Notes: a model not told the origin generated them from the sequence alone. Positions 46,201-61,263 are shown, counted from the first letter of the stretch. The stretch is DNA of 64,000 bases from the human T2T-CHM13v2.0 reference genome, Homo sapiens (GCF_009914755.1 NC_060932.1); one strand, 5' to 3'. Numbers and translations are program-made.

Positions 46201-47422
46201 GAAAGGAGGGAGCTTTCCCTCTGTCCCCCAGCCTTTGGACTGTCACCAAACAAGCCATTCGTTCACCAAATACTTATTAAGCGCCTACCATGTGCCTGAC
46301 AAGGGAGATGTAACGGTGAGAAAAACTAGGTGTGGTCCATGTCCTCCAGGGGCTCAGGGGCTCGTGGAAGAAGTGGACATTGAAGTATTTATCACACAAA
46401 TGAGTATAAAAGTACAATAGCGATATCTGCCACGAAGGTGAGCAGACAGAGCTAGCGGGGCTTGCAGGAGGAGTTTTGATCTTGCAGGGACAGGAAGGAG
46501 GAGTTAGCTCCTGCGGGGTGGGATTGGGGGTGGTGGTGATATAGACGTGGGGACAGACTGGAAAACAACAAAAATATAATTATTTTAGTTCAAAGTTATT
46601 GTGTCTTGAGTTGAAAGGCAGGACAGTTAGCAACACAGTTCAGATTTCAGTACTGCCCCTGAAATCTGAACTGTGTACAAAGTCTAAAACGTTTACCGTA
46701 GCAAATTCCTCATAAAACTCCATTTGGAAGAGTCCCGAGAGCTAATTTGTTAAGTATACTTGCAGAAGGTAGATGAGGAGACAGATAAAATCTTATTACC
46801 TCTTTCAGATGAGAGGCACTTGAGCCCTGCTCAGCTATGAGAATAAGAGAGGGGGAATTAATTCTAATTGAATACACTTGTTCTCTTATAGCTGTTGTTC
46901 CCCACCAGAACCAAATGAGCGCAAGATCTGACAAAGAAAAAAAGAAGTTCATCTTTTATTCCCCCAAACCCTTTCATTTAAATCAAGAGGGTGGGATGTG
47001 GTTATTGCTGTGTTTTTAGGCAGAATCAACGGTTTCTGGGTCTGAGAAGTTGCATACACACTCTCAGTCCCTGTATCCTGAGATGGAGTCACCTGAGGAT
47101 CCACAGCAAGTCCTAACCAGGGATGGGTCTGGGTGATTAAGGAAGGTTGGCTTCAGAACTGGGCCAGAGGCACTGCTTTGCTTTTGCTGTTTTGATCAGC
47201 TCTGTGCCTGCATGAGACAAGGAAAATCAATGGGAACAGGTTAGTTATAAATCCTGGGCTTATTTTATTAACTCACATAATAGCTATTAATTGTCTTCCT
47301 CCAAGGAGAAAAAGGGCATATACGGTCAATGCCATAGTAAGTAACACTGTATTATGTTATACTAAAATATTAATCTAGGTTCGTTCAGTCTTTCCTGATT
47401 CCATAGATTGGAAGCGGATTGA

Positions 47423-48164
<742 letters not shown>

Positions 48165-48823
48165 TCACTGAAGGGATTTTTTTAATGTCACGTGGCTCTC
48201 ACAGGTGCGGTGTGTTTGGGTGCAAGTGAAGATTACGACTGACGCTTAAAAACAAACGTAAAATTCCAGGTGGTGTTGCTATGCGGAGCAGCATTAGGAC
48301 AATCTGAGTGGTTTCAGTTGCAAGAGTGTGCGTGTACGTGCAAGTGCTACAGTCAAGATTCAACTTCTGGCTTTGAGGGTCTCTTTAATAACAGTAATAG
48401 CAACCTAAGTCAGTTTAAGAGTATGGAATGGTTGCCTTTTAGAAGTTAAGCTATGGGCATGGAAGTTCAATCAGTACTTTGAAGTTTTTCCTTTATCTCT
48501 CCTATGGTTAATGGTTTCTGCAGAAAAGGACCAATTGATTTCTTTCTAAAATGTTGCTTCAGGGTGTAGAGTCCTTTATAGGTCATGTGTCAACTTACAG
48601 AAAATTTTTATAGTTCAAATATAAATTACGTTCAATGTAGACTTTGTAATAGAATTTAAGGTTAAGTAAAGTTTCCACTTTCCTTAGGCTGTTTGCAGTG
48701 CCCAGCAGGCCCCATCATATCGAGGTGGAAGTTCTGTTAAAGGAGGAGATTGATCAGGGATGGGCAGAATAAGGAATATGCGCAGCTCAGGCTAATGATA
48801 CAATGATTGAGATGTAGAAAGAG

Positions 48824-49124
48824 GGTCAGGCACGGGATAACGCCTGTAATCCCAGTGCTTTGGGAGGCCAAGGCAAGAGGATCGCTTGAGGTCAGACCAG
48901 CCTGGTCAACAGAGTGAGACCTAACCTGTACAAAAAAAAAAAAACAACACAAAAAAAACAAAAAAATTAGTTGGGCATGATGGTGTGCACCTGTAGTCTC
49001 AGACACTTGGAAGGCTGAGGTCAGGGGATCCCTTGAGCCCAGGAGTTTGAGGCTGCAGTGAGCTATAATCACATAACTGTACTCCAGCCTGGGTGACAGG
49101 GTGAGGCCCTGACTCAAAAAAAAA
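48824..49124 (+). mobile_element. AluJ
   Basis: Sense old Alu with expanded A linker. Confidence 0.9.
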
Positions 49125-49139
49125 TTGAGTCAGGGAAAA

Positions 49140-49413
49140 AATTTGAAATCTTAATCCTCAGTACCCAGGAATGTGACCTTATTTGGAAATGTGGTCTTTC
49201 TAAATGTAATCAAGTAACGATGAGTCATCCTGGATTGGGGGCTGCTGGTGAGGGGGCAGATGCAGTGACTGGTGTCCTTATAAAAGAAGAGAATGAGGGC
49301 TGGGGATGGTGGCTCATGCCTGTAATCTCAGCACACTTTGGGAGGGTGAGGTGGGGGGATCACTTGAAGTCAGGAGTTCGAGACCAGCCTGGCCAATAAT
49401 AACAATAAAAAAG
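49140..49413 (+). mobile_element. MLT1(B/C) fragment followed by Alu left monomer
   Basis: 'gaatgtgaccttatttggaaat...gactggtgtccttataaaagaagag', then Alu left arm 49298-49413. Confidence 0.75.
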
Positions 49414-49619
49414 CCATTTTAGGTTCCAATCCACTGAAAGAAAACTGTCCCTTAGTTAATGTCATGTTTATTGGATCCATGAAGTCTTTGAAAATTTAAA
49501 CTACATGGACACTGCTGTCTGTGGTGGTGGAGAGAATACCAAGGATTTAAAGGTCTTTAAGAAAGAGAATGTAGAAATCGTACCCATTGGAAACAGCAAG
49601 ATGATGAAAATCGTACTGA

Positions 49620-49845
49620 CAGTAATAATAAGCTCAAATATATAGAGCTTACTATGTATCATGAATTGCTCTGAATGCTTCATAAATATACGTTCCCTCC
49701 TTTACCCTCATGGCAGCCCAGTAAAGTCGCCATTCCCCATTTTACAGCTGGGGAAACTGAGTTACAGAGCTTTTCTGCACTGAGTCATCAGGAGCAAATG
49801 CTAGATCAGGTAATTGAACCCAAGCAATCTGGTTCCAGAGCCAAA
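49620..49845 (-). mobile_element. MIR
   Basis: 'ccccattttacagctggggaaactgag'. Confidence 0.75.
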
Positions 49846-50002
49846 TAGATGTATTTTTTATGGTATAAAACATATACATACATTTTTAGGGGAAGGGTGG
49901 GGTAGGATGGGATGAGGATTCTGGGTAATTGCTTGGTAAATGCCAAATACCTTTCTTGTCTGTCCCTCTTTTCAAATGATAAAGTAATGTCAATTGCAGC
50001 AC

Positions 50003-50302
50003 TTTTTTTTTTTTTTTTGAGACAAGGTCTAGCTGGAGTACAGTGATGCAGTCATAGCCCACTGCAGCCTCAAATTCCTGGGCTCAAGCGATCCACCCAC
50101 ATCAGCTTCCCAAGTAGTTGGGACTACAGGCCCACACTACTATGCCCAGCTAATTATTTTAATTTTTGTAGAGATGGCAGGTGGCTGTGTGGGGGTGTCT
50201 CTCTATGTTGCCCGGGCTGGTCTCGAACTCTTGACCTCAAGTGAACCTCCTGCCTCAGCCCCACAAAGCTCTGGAGTTATAGGTGTGAGCCACTGTGGCT
50301 GG
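50003..50302 (-). mobile_element. AluJ
   Basis: Antisense old Alu. Confidence 0.9.
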
Positions 50303-50502
50303 CTACAATACTATTTATTTATATTTTGGACCAACAGATATTCTAGCATATAAGAAATGTGATGCTCTCTGTACACTGAAGAGTTGGTCTAATATTTGTC
50401 CTGGTGGATACAGAAATTGCCTGTCTGCTCCGCTCTGGGTGAAGAAACAAGTCCGACTGTCTCTGAGGCTATGGAGCAGTCCATCAAGAATGAAAGCCCT
50501 CT

Positions 50503-50801
50503 GCCAGGCACGTTGCCTCACACCTGTAATACCAGCACTTTGGGAGGCCGAGGCAGGTGGATCACTTGAAGTCAGGAGTTCGACACCAGCATGGCCAACA
50601 TGGTGAAACCTTGTTTCTACAAAAAATAGAAAAATTAGCTGGGCCGGGTGATACATGTCTGTAATCCCAGCTACTCAGGAGTCTGAGGCAGGAGAATCAC
50701 TTGAACTTGGGAGGCAGAGGTTGCAGTGGGGAGCTGAGATCACACCACTGCATTCCGGCCTGGGCGACAGAGCGAGACTCTCTCAAGAAAAAAAAAAAAA
50801 G
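50503..50801 (+). mobile_element. Alu (AluS)
   Basis: Sense Alu with A tail. Confidence 0.95.
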
Positions 50802-51419
50802 AATGAATATCCTCATGATGGCCTCAAGCACATTGGTCCCTGAAGAGAGTCAAGGAAGGCCCACTTTACTCTGCACTGCAAAGCAGGCAGGTGGACAGGA
50901 ATCTGATAAGTGGATTCCGTGAGAGGCATTGACCCAAAGGATTTTCTCCCTAATGGTCAGTTCAGCAGAATATTAAACTCAGCACAGCATCCTGTTCCCT
51001 GAAACCATCTGTTTTGTCAGTGGGGAATGTTCTTGTCTCGTTAAATGTCCTCATGCTACTGTCAAGATATCCTGTTACAAAATGTCATAAACCAGGTTTA
51101 CAAATAGGCCAGGTGATTGTGGAATTTCTCCTTGGCAAGGCCTTAGCTACGGGCGTGCGATTGGGGTGCAATAATCACTGTGTTCCGGGCCACTTGAGGG
51201 ATAAAATATACCTTAGGTGATAAACTGTTGTATTTTAATGTGAATATTTCCACCAACATTAGACAGTAACCTCATGAGTTTTCTGTTACACTGTGGAGTT
51301 GCAACAAGCTAACAAGCAAGTTGCAAACATAATGATCGCATTTGGCTCCTATTCACAGCAAGGGTTCTTCAAGCTGTACCTGGGACAGTCTTCCCTCACA
51401 TGAGGTTTATAGCATCACT

Positions 51420-51726
51420 TATTTCATTATTTATTTATTTTTTGAGACAGTGTTTTGCTCTGTCGCCCAGGCTGGAGAGCAATGGCGCGATCTTGGCTCA
51501 CTGCAACCTCCGCCCCCCCGGGGTTCAAGCGATTCTCCTGTCTCAGCCTCCCGAGTAGCTGGGATTATAGGCACCCGGCACCACACCTGGCTAATTTTTG
51601 TATTTTTAGTAGAGACGGGGTTTCACCATGTTGACCGGGCTGGTCTCAAACTCCTGACTTCAGGTGATCCACCTGCCTCAGCCTCCCAAAGTGTTGGGAT
51701 TACTGGTGTGAGCCACAGCGCCCGGC
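51420..51726 (-). mobile_element. Alu (AluSx)
   Basis: TSD 'tatagcatca'. Confidence 0.95.
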
Positions 51727-51859
51727 TATAGCATCATTTAAACTGTGTTTCTGCCATGAATTGTTAGTTGGTAGTTAACAAAAAATAGACCACCTCATTT
51801 ATGTCTCACAGTTAGCATTGGTTTTTGTGTTTTCTTTAGGCTCGTTTTTTAATTGTTTT

Positions 51860-52450
<591 letters not shown>

Positions 52451-52454
52451 TAAA

Positions 52455-53026
52455 GCTGCTTTTTAATAACAGCTTTATTGAAAGATAATTCATATACCAT
52501 ACAATTTACCCATTTAAAGTGTATGATTTGGCCGGGCATGGTGGCTCACACTTGCAATCCCAGCACTTTGGGAGGCTGAGGTGGGAGGATCGCTTGAACC
52601 CAAGAGTTTGAGATGAACCCCTAGCAACATGGCAAAACCCTGTCTCGACCAAAAATACAAAAAATTAGCTGGGCATGGTGTGTGTGTCTGTAGTCCCAGC
52701 TACTCAGGAGGCTGAAGTGGGAGGATGGTTTGAGCCCGGGAGGTGGGTGGTGGAGTGAGTTGAGATTGCACCACTGCACTCCAGCCTGGGCAACAGAGCC
52801 AGAACCTGTCTCTAAATAAATAAATAAAGTGTAAAATTCAGTGGTTTTTAATATATTCACAGAGTTCTGCAGCCATCATCACCATCAATTTTAGAAATTT
52901 TAATTACCCCAGAAGAAACCCTGTATCCATTAGCAGTCACCCCTTATTTCCCCCGACTATCCCCACCCCTGGCTCCTGGCAACCATTAATCTACTTTCTG
53001 TTTCTTTGGATTTTCATATTCTGGGC

Positions 53027-53058
<32 letters not shown>

Positions 53059-53310
53059 GTATATATAATCTAATATTTGTCTGGCTTCTCTCACTTAGCC
53101 TAACGGTTTCAAGGTGTATCCAGGTTGTAGCATGAATCAGCCCTTCATTCCATATTGTGGCTGATTAATGTTCCATCACACGGGTGGACTGTACTTGTTT
53201 GCTTATTCATCTGTTGTTGATGGGCATTTGCGTTGTTGCCACCTTTTGATAATTATGAATAGTTTTGCTACGAGCATCTGTGTGTGTCTTTGTATGAACA
53301 GACTTGCATA
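52455..53310 (-). mobile_element. L1MB-type 3' end, interrupted by a sense Alu (52530-52828) and (TA)n (53028-53067)
   Basis: 'acagctttattga..gataattcatataccatacaatttacccatttaaagtgta...ggcaaccattaatctactttctg'. Confidence 0.85.
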
Positions 53311-53491
53311 TTTTTTGATATGGGCAAATGAGAACCAGCGGCGGGGGGCCTCTGTGGTGACTTTTTTGGTGATCTTTGTGTACTCTGTATAATGATCAGC
53401 CACTCAGGCTTGGGGGCAGCACTTAACCTTGCATTTCTTTCTTTTTTTTAAGATAGAGTCTCTCTCTCTGCCACCCAGGCCAGAGTGCAGT

Positions 53492-55354
53492 TGACGCAGG
53501 GCAGGGGAGCCCCGAAGTGGAGCATAGTGTGTCCGGAACTGGTGGGTTCTTGGTCTCCCTGACTTCAAGAATGAAGCCACGGACCCTCGGGGTGAGTGTC
53601 ACAGTTCTTAAAGGCGGCGTGTCTGGAGTTTGTTCCTTCTGATTCTCGGATGTGTACAGAGTTTCTTCCTTCTGGTGTGTTTGTGGTCTCGCTGGCTTCA
53701 GGAGTGAAGCTGCAGACCTTCAAGGTGAGTGTTAAAGCTCTTAAGGCGGCGCGTCTGGAGTTGTTTGTTCCTCCCGGTGGGTTCATAGTCTCGCTGGCTT
53801 CAGGAGTGAAGCTGCAGACCTTCGAAGTGAGTGTTACCGCTCATAAAGGCAATGTGGACCCAAAGAGTAAGCAGCAGAAAGATTTATTGCAAAGAGCAAA
53901 AGAACAAAGCTTCCACAATGTGGAAAGGGACCCCAGTGTGTTGCCACTGCTGGCTGGGGCAGCCTGCTTTTATTCCCTTATCTGGCCCCACCCACATCCT
54001 GCTGATTGTTCCATTTTACAGAGAGCCGATTGGTCTGTTTTACAGAGAGCTGAATGGTCTGTTTTGACAGGGTGCTGATTGGTGCATTTACAATCCTTGA
54101 GCTAGACACAAAAGTTCTCCAAGTCCCTACTAGATTAGCTAGACACAGAGTGTCAATTGGTGCATTCACAAACCCTGAGCTAGACACAGAGTGCTGATTG
54201 GTGTGTTTACAAACCTTGAGCTAGATACAGAGTGTCGATTGGTGTATTTACAATCCCTTAGCTAGACATAAAGGTTCTCAAAGTCCCCACCAGACTCAGG
54301 AACCCAGCTGGCTTCACCAAGTGGGTCCCACACGGGGGTCGCAGGTGGAGCTGCCTGCCAGTCCCGCACCCTGTGCTGGCATTCCTCAGCCCTTGGGTGG
54401 TCGATGGAACTGGGCGCCCTGGAGCAGGGGGTGGTGCCCATTGGGGAGGCTCGGCACTCATCAGGGAGGCTCAGGCCGCGAAGGAGCCCATGGAGGGTTG
54501 GGTGGAGGCTCAGGCATGGCGGGCTGCATGTCCCGAGCCCTGCCCTGCAGGGAAGCAGCTAAGGCCCAGTGAGAAATTGAGCAAAGCAGCTGCTGGCCCA
54601 GGTGCTAAGCCCCTCACTGCCTGGGTCCAGCGGGGCTGGCAGGCCAGTCTGAGTGCCGGGCCCAGTGAGCCCATGCCCACCCGGAACTCACGCTGGCCCG
54701 CAAGCGCCACGCCCAGCCCCAGTTCCTGCCCGCGCCTCTCCCTCTACACCTCCCCGCAAGCTGAGGGAGCAGGCTCCAGCCTCGGCCAGCCCAGGAAGGG
54801 GCTCCCACAGTGCAGCGGTGCACTGAAGGGCTCCACAAGTGCCACCAACGTGGGAGCCCAGGCAGAGGAGGGGCCGAGAGTGAGCTCGAGGGCTGACACC
54901 GTGCTGTCACCTCTCAGTAGCACGTGAGGGTTCTTGCCTTTACCCAGGAAAGAATTCAAGGGCAAGCCGGAGGTATAGAAGAAAACAGTTTTATTGAAGA
55001 GGCAGCATTACAGCCCTGTGACTGCTCCTGTAGGGCAGGGTTACCCTGGAGGCAGAGAGTAGCGGCAGAGAGTTTGCAATCACATTTATACCCACTTTTA
55101 ATTGCATGCAGATTAAAGGGCAGTTTATGCAGGAATTTCTAGAAAATGGGTAGTAACTTTTGAGTCATTGGGTCATTGCCATGGAAAGGGGCAGTAACTC
55201 CCGGGTGTTACCTTGGCAATAGTAAACTCACATGGCACACTGGTGGGCATGTCTGATGGAAAGCTTCTTCTGCCCCAGCCCTGTTTTAGGTAGTCCTTAA
55301 TTTGGTCTGGTGTCTAAGCCCTGCCTGTGGAGTCAAGTCCTGCCTCCTATCTCA
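53492..55354 (-). mobile_element. MER66(B)-like ERV1 LTR, split by LTR12
   Basis: Minus strand TGAGATAGGAGGCAGGACTTGACTCC...CCTGCCCTGCGTCA; perfect TSD CAGT at 53488-53491 and 55355-55358; subfamily from memory. Confidence 0.7.
53528..54916 (-). mobile_element. LTR12 (LTR12C-type, ERV9) solo LTR
   Basis: Minus strand TGAGAGGTGACAGC...TTCCGGACACA; ~41-bp CCAAT-containing U3 repeats at ~54000-54270; near-TSD atag/gtag. Confidence 0.93.
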
Positions 55355-55789
55355 CAGTGGCATGATCATGGCTCACTGCAGACTCAACACCCCCGGGATC
55401 AAGCAGTTCTCCCACCTCAGCCTCCTGAGTTGCTGGGACCACAGGCACGTGCCACTACACTCAGACACATTTTTTGCATTTTTTGTAGAGATGGTGTTTC
55501 ACTGTGTTGCCTAGGCTGGTCTCAAACTCGTGGGCTCAAGCAATCTACCTACCTTAGCCTTCTAAAGTGCTGGGATTACAGGTGTGAGCCACTGCACCCA
55601 GCCCAACCTTACATTTTTAATCTCAAGTCACTTCTCTCTAGGTTTTGATTTCTTCTTTAAAGTGGTGGAAATAAGAGCATCTATTTTATAGGGTTGTTGG
55701 GAAGAAAAAAATGAAAGAACTGCTATTCAATGTTTAGTGAAGCTCTATGCACGATTTTGAATAATGAAGTTGGTGTTTATTTTTTATTA

Positions 55790-56097
55790 TTTGTTTATTT
55801 ATTTTTTAGAGACGGGGTCTTGCTCTGTTGCTCAAGCTGGAGTGTAGTAGTGCAACCACAGCTTAGTGCAGCCTTGACCTCCTGGGCTCAAGAAATCCTG
55901 CCACCTCAGCCTCCTGAGTAGCTGGGACTACAGGCATGCATCGCCATGTCTGGCTATTTATTTATTTGTTTGTTTTTTGTAGAGATGGGGTCTCCCTGTG
56001 TTGCCCGGGCTGGTCTTGAACTCCTGGCCTTAAGCAATCCTCCTGTCTTAGCCTCCAAAAACACTGAGATTACAAGTGTGAACAACCATGGCCAGCC
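55790..56097 (-). mobile_element. AluJ
   Basis: Antisense old Alu. Confidence 0.9.
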
Positions 56098-56225
56098 TTA
56101 TTTTTATTTTTAATCAGCCTTATCAAGTTGAATTGGTCATTAATCTTGTATAACAGTAATTTGGGGCAGCATTGGTTGGGCGGAGGGTGGGAAACATTTA
56201 GGACCCTGTGGGCTACAACTCGTAG

Positions 56226-56639
<414 letters not shown>

Positions 56640-56718
56640 TGATTTTTGCAGAACCACCCTTCCCTAATGGTTGTCTCCTAGATCCAAGGTGACTTTATTC
56701 ATTTTAGAATGAACTTAC

Positions 56719-57349
56719 CCCTTTGATACTGTAACCAGAGTTGGCATACATCACGATTGGCAGAACCCGGTCATGTTTAGCCATATGGAAGTGTTCTGGA
56801 AACTCCTCCTTCTTGTAGATGTGGAGGTGAGGGTACGCATTCTTCAGTGCCTGGTAAAGGGCTTCCTCTTGCCCCAATTTGGGCAGGGGCATCCCAAAGC
56901 CACCGTAGCCCACGATATCAAACTTGACTAAGTCCCTGAACTTGATGTAGTTGGACAAGGGATCTTGTTGACATTGGGTCTCTTCTTCACGGTGGTCATC
57001 CCACGGTCTCATGTGATGATGACGCTGAGGTGCTCTGTAGGCTGTGCTTCTCAGTGGCTCCCACCAGATACCCGATGGCGCTGTCGATTTGCTGAATCAT
57101 CAACTTCCTGTTCTCTGCCTCTGGCCCGAATCGGTGTCCCACGTTATCTGGCTCTCTGTAGCACAGAGCCACAAAGTCAAAGTCTTCCTTGGTGAACCAG
57201 TTCATGACGGTATCGATGTTCTCCCTCCGCTCTGTCTCGCTGCTCTTTGGGTGAGTGTAGGACTCCACCAGGGACCGCTTGACAGCCTCACCCTCGTATT
57301 TAACACCTCCCTTGGAATAGTGGAATGATGCCACTTTGTTCCCCTTCAA
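56719..57349 (-). pseudogene. ENPP7P: ENPP7-like (alkaline sphingomyelinase / NPP family) pseudogene, large exon equivalent to ENPP7 exon 3
   Basis: Acceptor 'tcttcttgtag' and donor GGG|gtaagt. Peptides RENIDTVMNWFTKEDFDFVALCYREPDNVGHRFGPE and ALYQALKNAYPHLHIYKKEEFPEHFH. Two -1 frameshifts; TGA at 57011-57009 turns ITSDHG into IT*DRG. Confidence 0.93.
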
Positions 57350-57705
57350 CTACAAGAAGAAAATTCCATCGGGGCCATTTCTCATACCTTTCTCACAATC
57401 AGCAAAGCTCAAGTTGTCTACATCTGTGCCCCAGTCCAAAGGCATAGGAAATATGTGGTCTTTGGAGTCAGACAGGATGGAGTTAGATTCTGGGCTTCCC
57501 CAGGATCTCATAGCATCTACAACACTGTTAGTTACAAGATGTGCTATTATTTTATGGGCTACTAAGCAGAAAAATGCTGCCAACGAGACTGTGACATTCT
57601 AGTGATTGTAAGGTGTATTCCAACTTCAGAGATGGCAAAATGAAAAATAGTTCCTTAGAATAGAAGGAGACGGTAATTTCTGAGTTGTTGGTGGTGAATT
57701 TGTGC

Positions 57706-57835
57706 ATGTGTGTTTTATATATATATATATATACACACACATATACACATGTACATGTATACATATGCATATATATACATATATAATATACATGTGTATA
57801 TATAAACATACATATATACATAAATATGTTTACAT
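57706..57835. repeat. (TA)n/(CATATA)n low-complexity repeat
   Basis: Seen directly. Confidence 0.9.
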
Positions 57836-58402
<567 letters not shown>

Positions 58403-58417
58403 GGTGGTGAGTTTTAA

Positions 58418-58654
<237 letters not shown>

Positions 58655-59216
58655 TAGCTTTAAGATACGGTGTTAGGCATCACATTTTGGCATGGAGCAG
58701 GCACTCTTTTCTTTGCCCCCAGGTGGGACTAAGCCACCACAAGCCTTCCCTGGTGTGTGCAGTGGGTGATGAATGCTTGCCTGCTCAGCACCCACTTCCT
58801 GGTGGGCTGGGTCACATTACTATGACTCCCCCTTGAGCTTCAGTCCGCGCCTGGTTCGAGATTATTGGCTCAACCCGGGGACCCAGAGGTAGGATGTAGC
58901 TCTGGCCTGGCCAGAGGACCGAGGATGCTGCATGCCATGGCTACAGCTACTGGTTCAGCTTTGGGCTCATGTCCTAGTCAGAGCCAATGAGATGTAATCT
59001 TGGGATATCTGCTGGGCTGTTGGGAAGGGGACAGGCTGCCCTGCACATCCCCATTCCTGATGCTGAGGGATCTGAGAAAATCACTTGTAAAATTTGGGGG
59101 TGTTTGGAAGAAGGGGAGATTGATGTCTCTTTCTCTCTACAGACATCTGATCAGCTACAGAGCTTGACTAACCTACCCAGAGGCAGAATGATATGGTGGT
59201 TAAAAGTGTGCTCTGG

Positions 59217-59582
59217 GCCGAGATTTTGCCACTGCACTTCAGCCTGGGTGACAGAGTGAGACTCCATCTCAAAAAAAAAAAAAAAAAAAAAATCTGCTCT
59301 GGGCTGGACGCGGGGGCTCACAACTGTAATATCAGCACTTTGGGAGGCTGAGGCAGGAGGATCGCTTGAAGTCAGGAGTTTGGAATCAGACCCTATCTCT
59401 AGAAAAATGTTTTTTAAAAATTAGCTGGGTTGGTGGTGAATGCCTCTAGTCCCAGCTACTCGGGAGGCTGAGGCGGGAAGATTGCTGGAGCTTGGGAGTT
59501 CAAGCCTGCACTGAGCTGTGATCAGGCCACTGCACTCCAATTTGAGGGACAGAGAGAGACCCCATCTCTCTGAACAACAAAA
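59217..59582 (+). mobile_element. 5'-truncated Alu tail (59217-59292) plus AluJ (59301-59582), both within a MIR
   Basis: Three copies of target 'aaa.tgtgctctgg'-like sequence at ~59202, ~59290 and ~59581; MIR core 'cctcagtttcctcgtctgtaa' follows. Confidence 0.85.
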
Positions 59583-60019
59583 ATGTGTGCTCTGGTGCCA
59601 CACTGCCTGGTTAGATCCTTTGTCCACCACTTAGATGCATGTTATATAAATGCTCTCCTCAGTTTCCTCGTCTGTAACTTGGGGATGGTAATGCTGCCCC
59701 AAGAAGTGGTTATGGGGACTAAATGCATGTGGGCATATTGGTTAGTATTCAACCAGCTTGATTTTTCCTGGAGAGGGAGAAAGAGCATGCAGTGAGGTGG
59801 CATGGTCAGGTGCATTGGGACAAGGATTATTTCCTCTGGCTTCTGCCTCCTGGGAGGTATAAGGACGGATCTGAAATCTGTCTGCAGACCCCAGAGTTGG
59901 GGACTGCAGAGGGAAATTGAGATCAGGGACCCTAGTCTGGCAGAAATGAGTGCAGCATGGGGCATTGGGTTCCTTCCATCAGAGGCATGGGGTGTGTTGC
60001 AGACAGTCATGAAATGTGG

Positions 60020-60580
60020 CTGAATCTTGCAAGGGACCCGTGGTCCCATGGTTGCTGCTTGAGACAAAGACCCCGGTCAGTGGAACCTGGTGACCTTCAC
60101 CCTTCTGTGTCAGGCTGCAGACAGCAGGAGATGGCAGCAGATTACACCCAACAGGAAAAGGGCCATTGCCACCCCACAGGTTGCCATAGAAGGAGATGAC
60201 ATCTCTCCCTCTCCTCCTCCAGCAGTGTCAGCTGGGGAAGTGGTGGGTGGATGTGCACAAAAGAGTAGACCACAGACCATGCTCCTTCTCCTCCGGTCTG
60301 CTGGGGCCCCAAGAGAGTCTGCAGCCCTTGGCCAAGGACCGGCTGACACAGGGGAACAAAAGACCTGAGGCTGGGATAACATGGTGGTGCAGTTCATCCT
60401 CTGGAGCTCCCTGTGAGATCAGACTGGAGCCAGTCTCCAGCTGAGACCACATCTCACTTAGCTCCTTCCCTGCCATATCCTGTTTTCCTTACTCCTATCT
60501 CCTGAGACTTCTTCCTGAATGAATTACATGCACTCAATCCCTGCCTCAGTCTCTGCTTTTAGGGAACTTGACCTAAGACA
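60020..60580 (+). mobile_element. LTR16-type ERVL LTR
   Basis: 3' end 'ctcagtctctgcttttagggaacttgacctaagaca'; 5' boundary uncertain. Confidence 0.65.
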
Positions 60581-60639
60581 GAAATCTTAGTACCAAATAC
60601 TTTGCAAGGCCTCAGAAGCTCTGCTATCCACAAGCAGGT

Positions 60640-60902
60640 GAGATATTACCTTCCCTACAACCTGGCAGTCATAGTCTATGATGCGATTCAGCTTTATGGA
60701 AGTGCTTCTCTAAAGAACTTCCCCCAATTTAAGACGATCTTAATTTGCTTACTTGTTTACTGTCCATTTAGCTGCTCTAAAATGTGAGCTCCAAATCAGG
60801 GGCCGTGTCTGGTTGGTTACTCATTTCCTGAGACCTGGAATGGGCCTAGCTCAGAGAAGGTGCTCACTATTGATGGAATGCATGTTGAAAGAATGCATGA
60901 AT
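60640..60902 (+). mobile_element. L2 3' fragment
   Basis: 'aatgtgagctcc...gggccgtgtctg...aggtgctca...tgttgaaagaatgcatgaa'. Confidence 0.6.
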
Positions 60903-60952
60903 CTCATGTCTTTTTGTGGGTGAAAAACTCATCCTATTCTCACCCTGATTAA

Positions 60953-61263
60953 CTTTATTTATTTATTTATTTATTTTTTTTTCAAAATGGAGCCATGATC
61001 TGTCACCCAGGCTGGAGTGCAATGGTGTGATCTCAGCTAGCTGAAACCTCTGCCTTCTGGATTAAACCAATTCTCCTGCCTCAGCCTCCTGGGTAGCTGG
61101 GATTACAGGTGTATACCACAACGCCCGGCTAATTTTTTTATTTTTAATAGAGACAGGGTTTCACCATGTTGGCCAGGCTGGTCTCGAACTCCTGACCTCG
61201 TGATCCGCCCTCTTTGGCCTCCCAAAGTCCTGGGATTACAGGCATGAGCCACCATACCCAGCC
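60953..61263 (-). mobile_element. Alu
   Basis: Antisense Alu; TSD 'tgattaactt'. Confidence 0.95.

Larger units (their letters stand above)
53435..55604 (-). mobile_element. AluJ split by an LTR insertion (pieces 53435-53491 and 55355-55604)
   Basis: '...gagtgcagt' resumes as 'cagtggcatgatcatggctcactgcag'; TSD CAGT. Confidence 0.85.

Noticed and set aside
54000-54270. Regular ~41-bp repeats, superficially CRISPR-like
   Set aside because: Standard ERV9/LTR12 U3 enhancer repeats with no unique spacers; eukaryotic context and no cas genes
53596-54927. 160-aa and 184-aa + strand ORFs
   Set aside because: Lie wholly within the LTR12 antisense strand; GC-rich repeat artefacts
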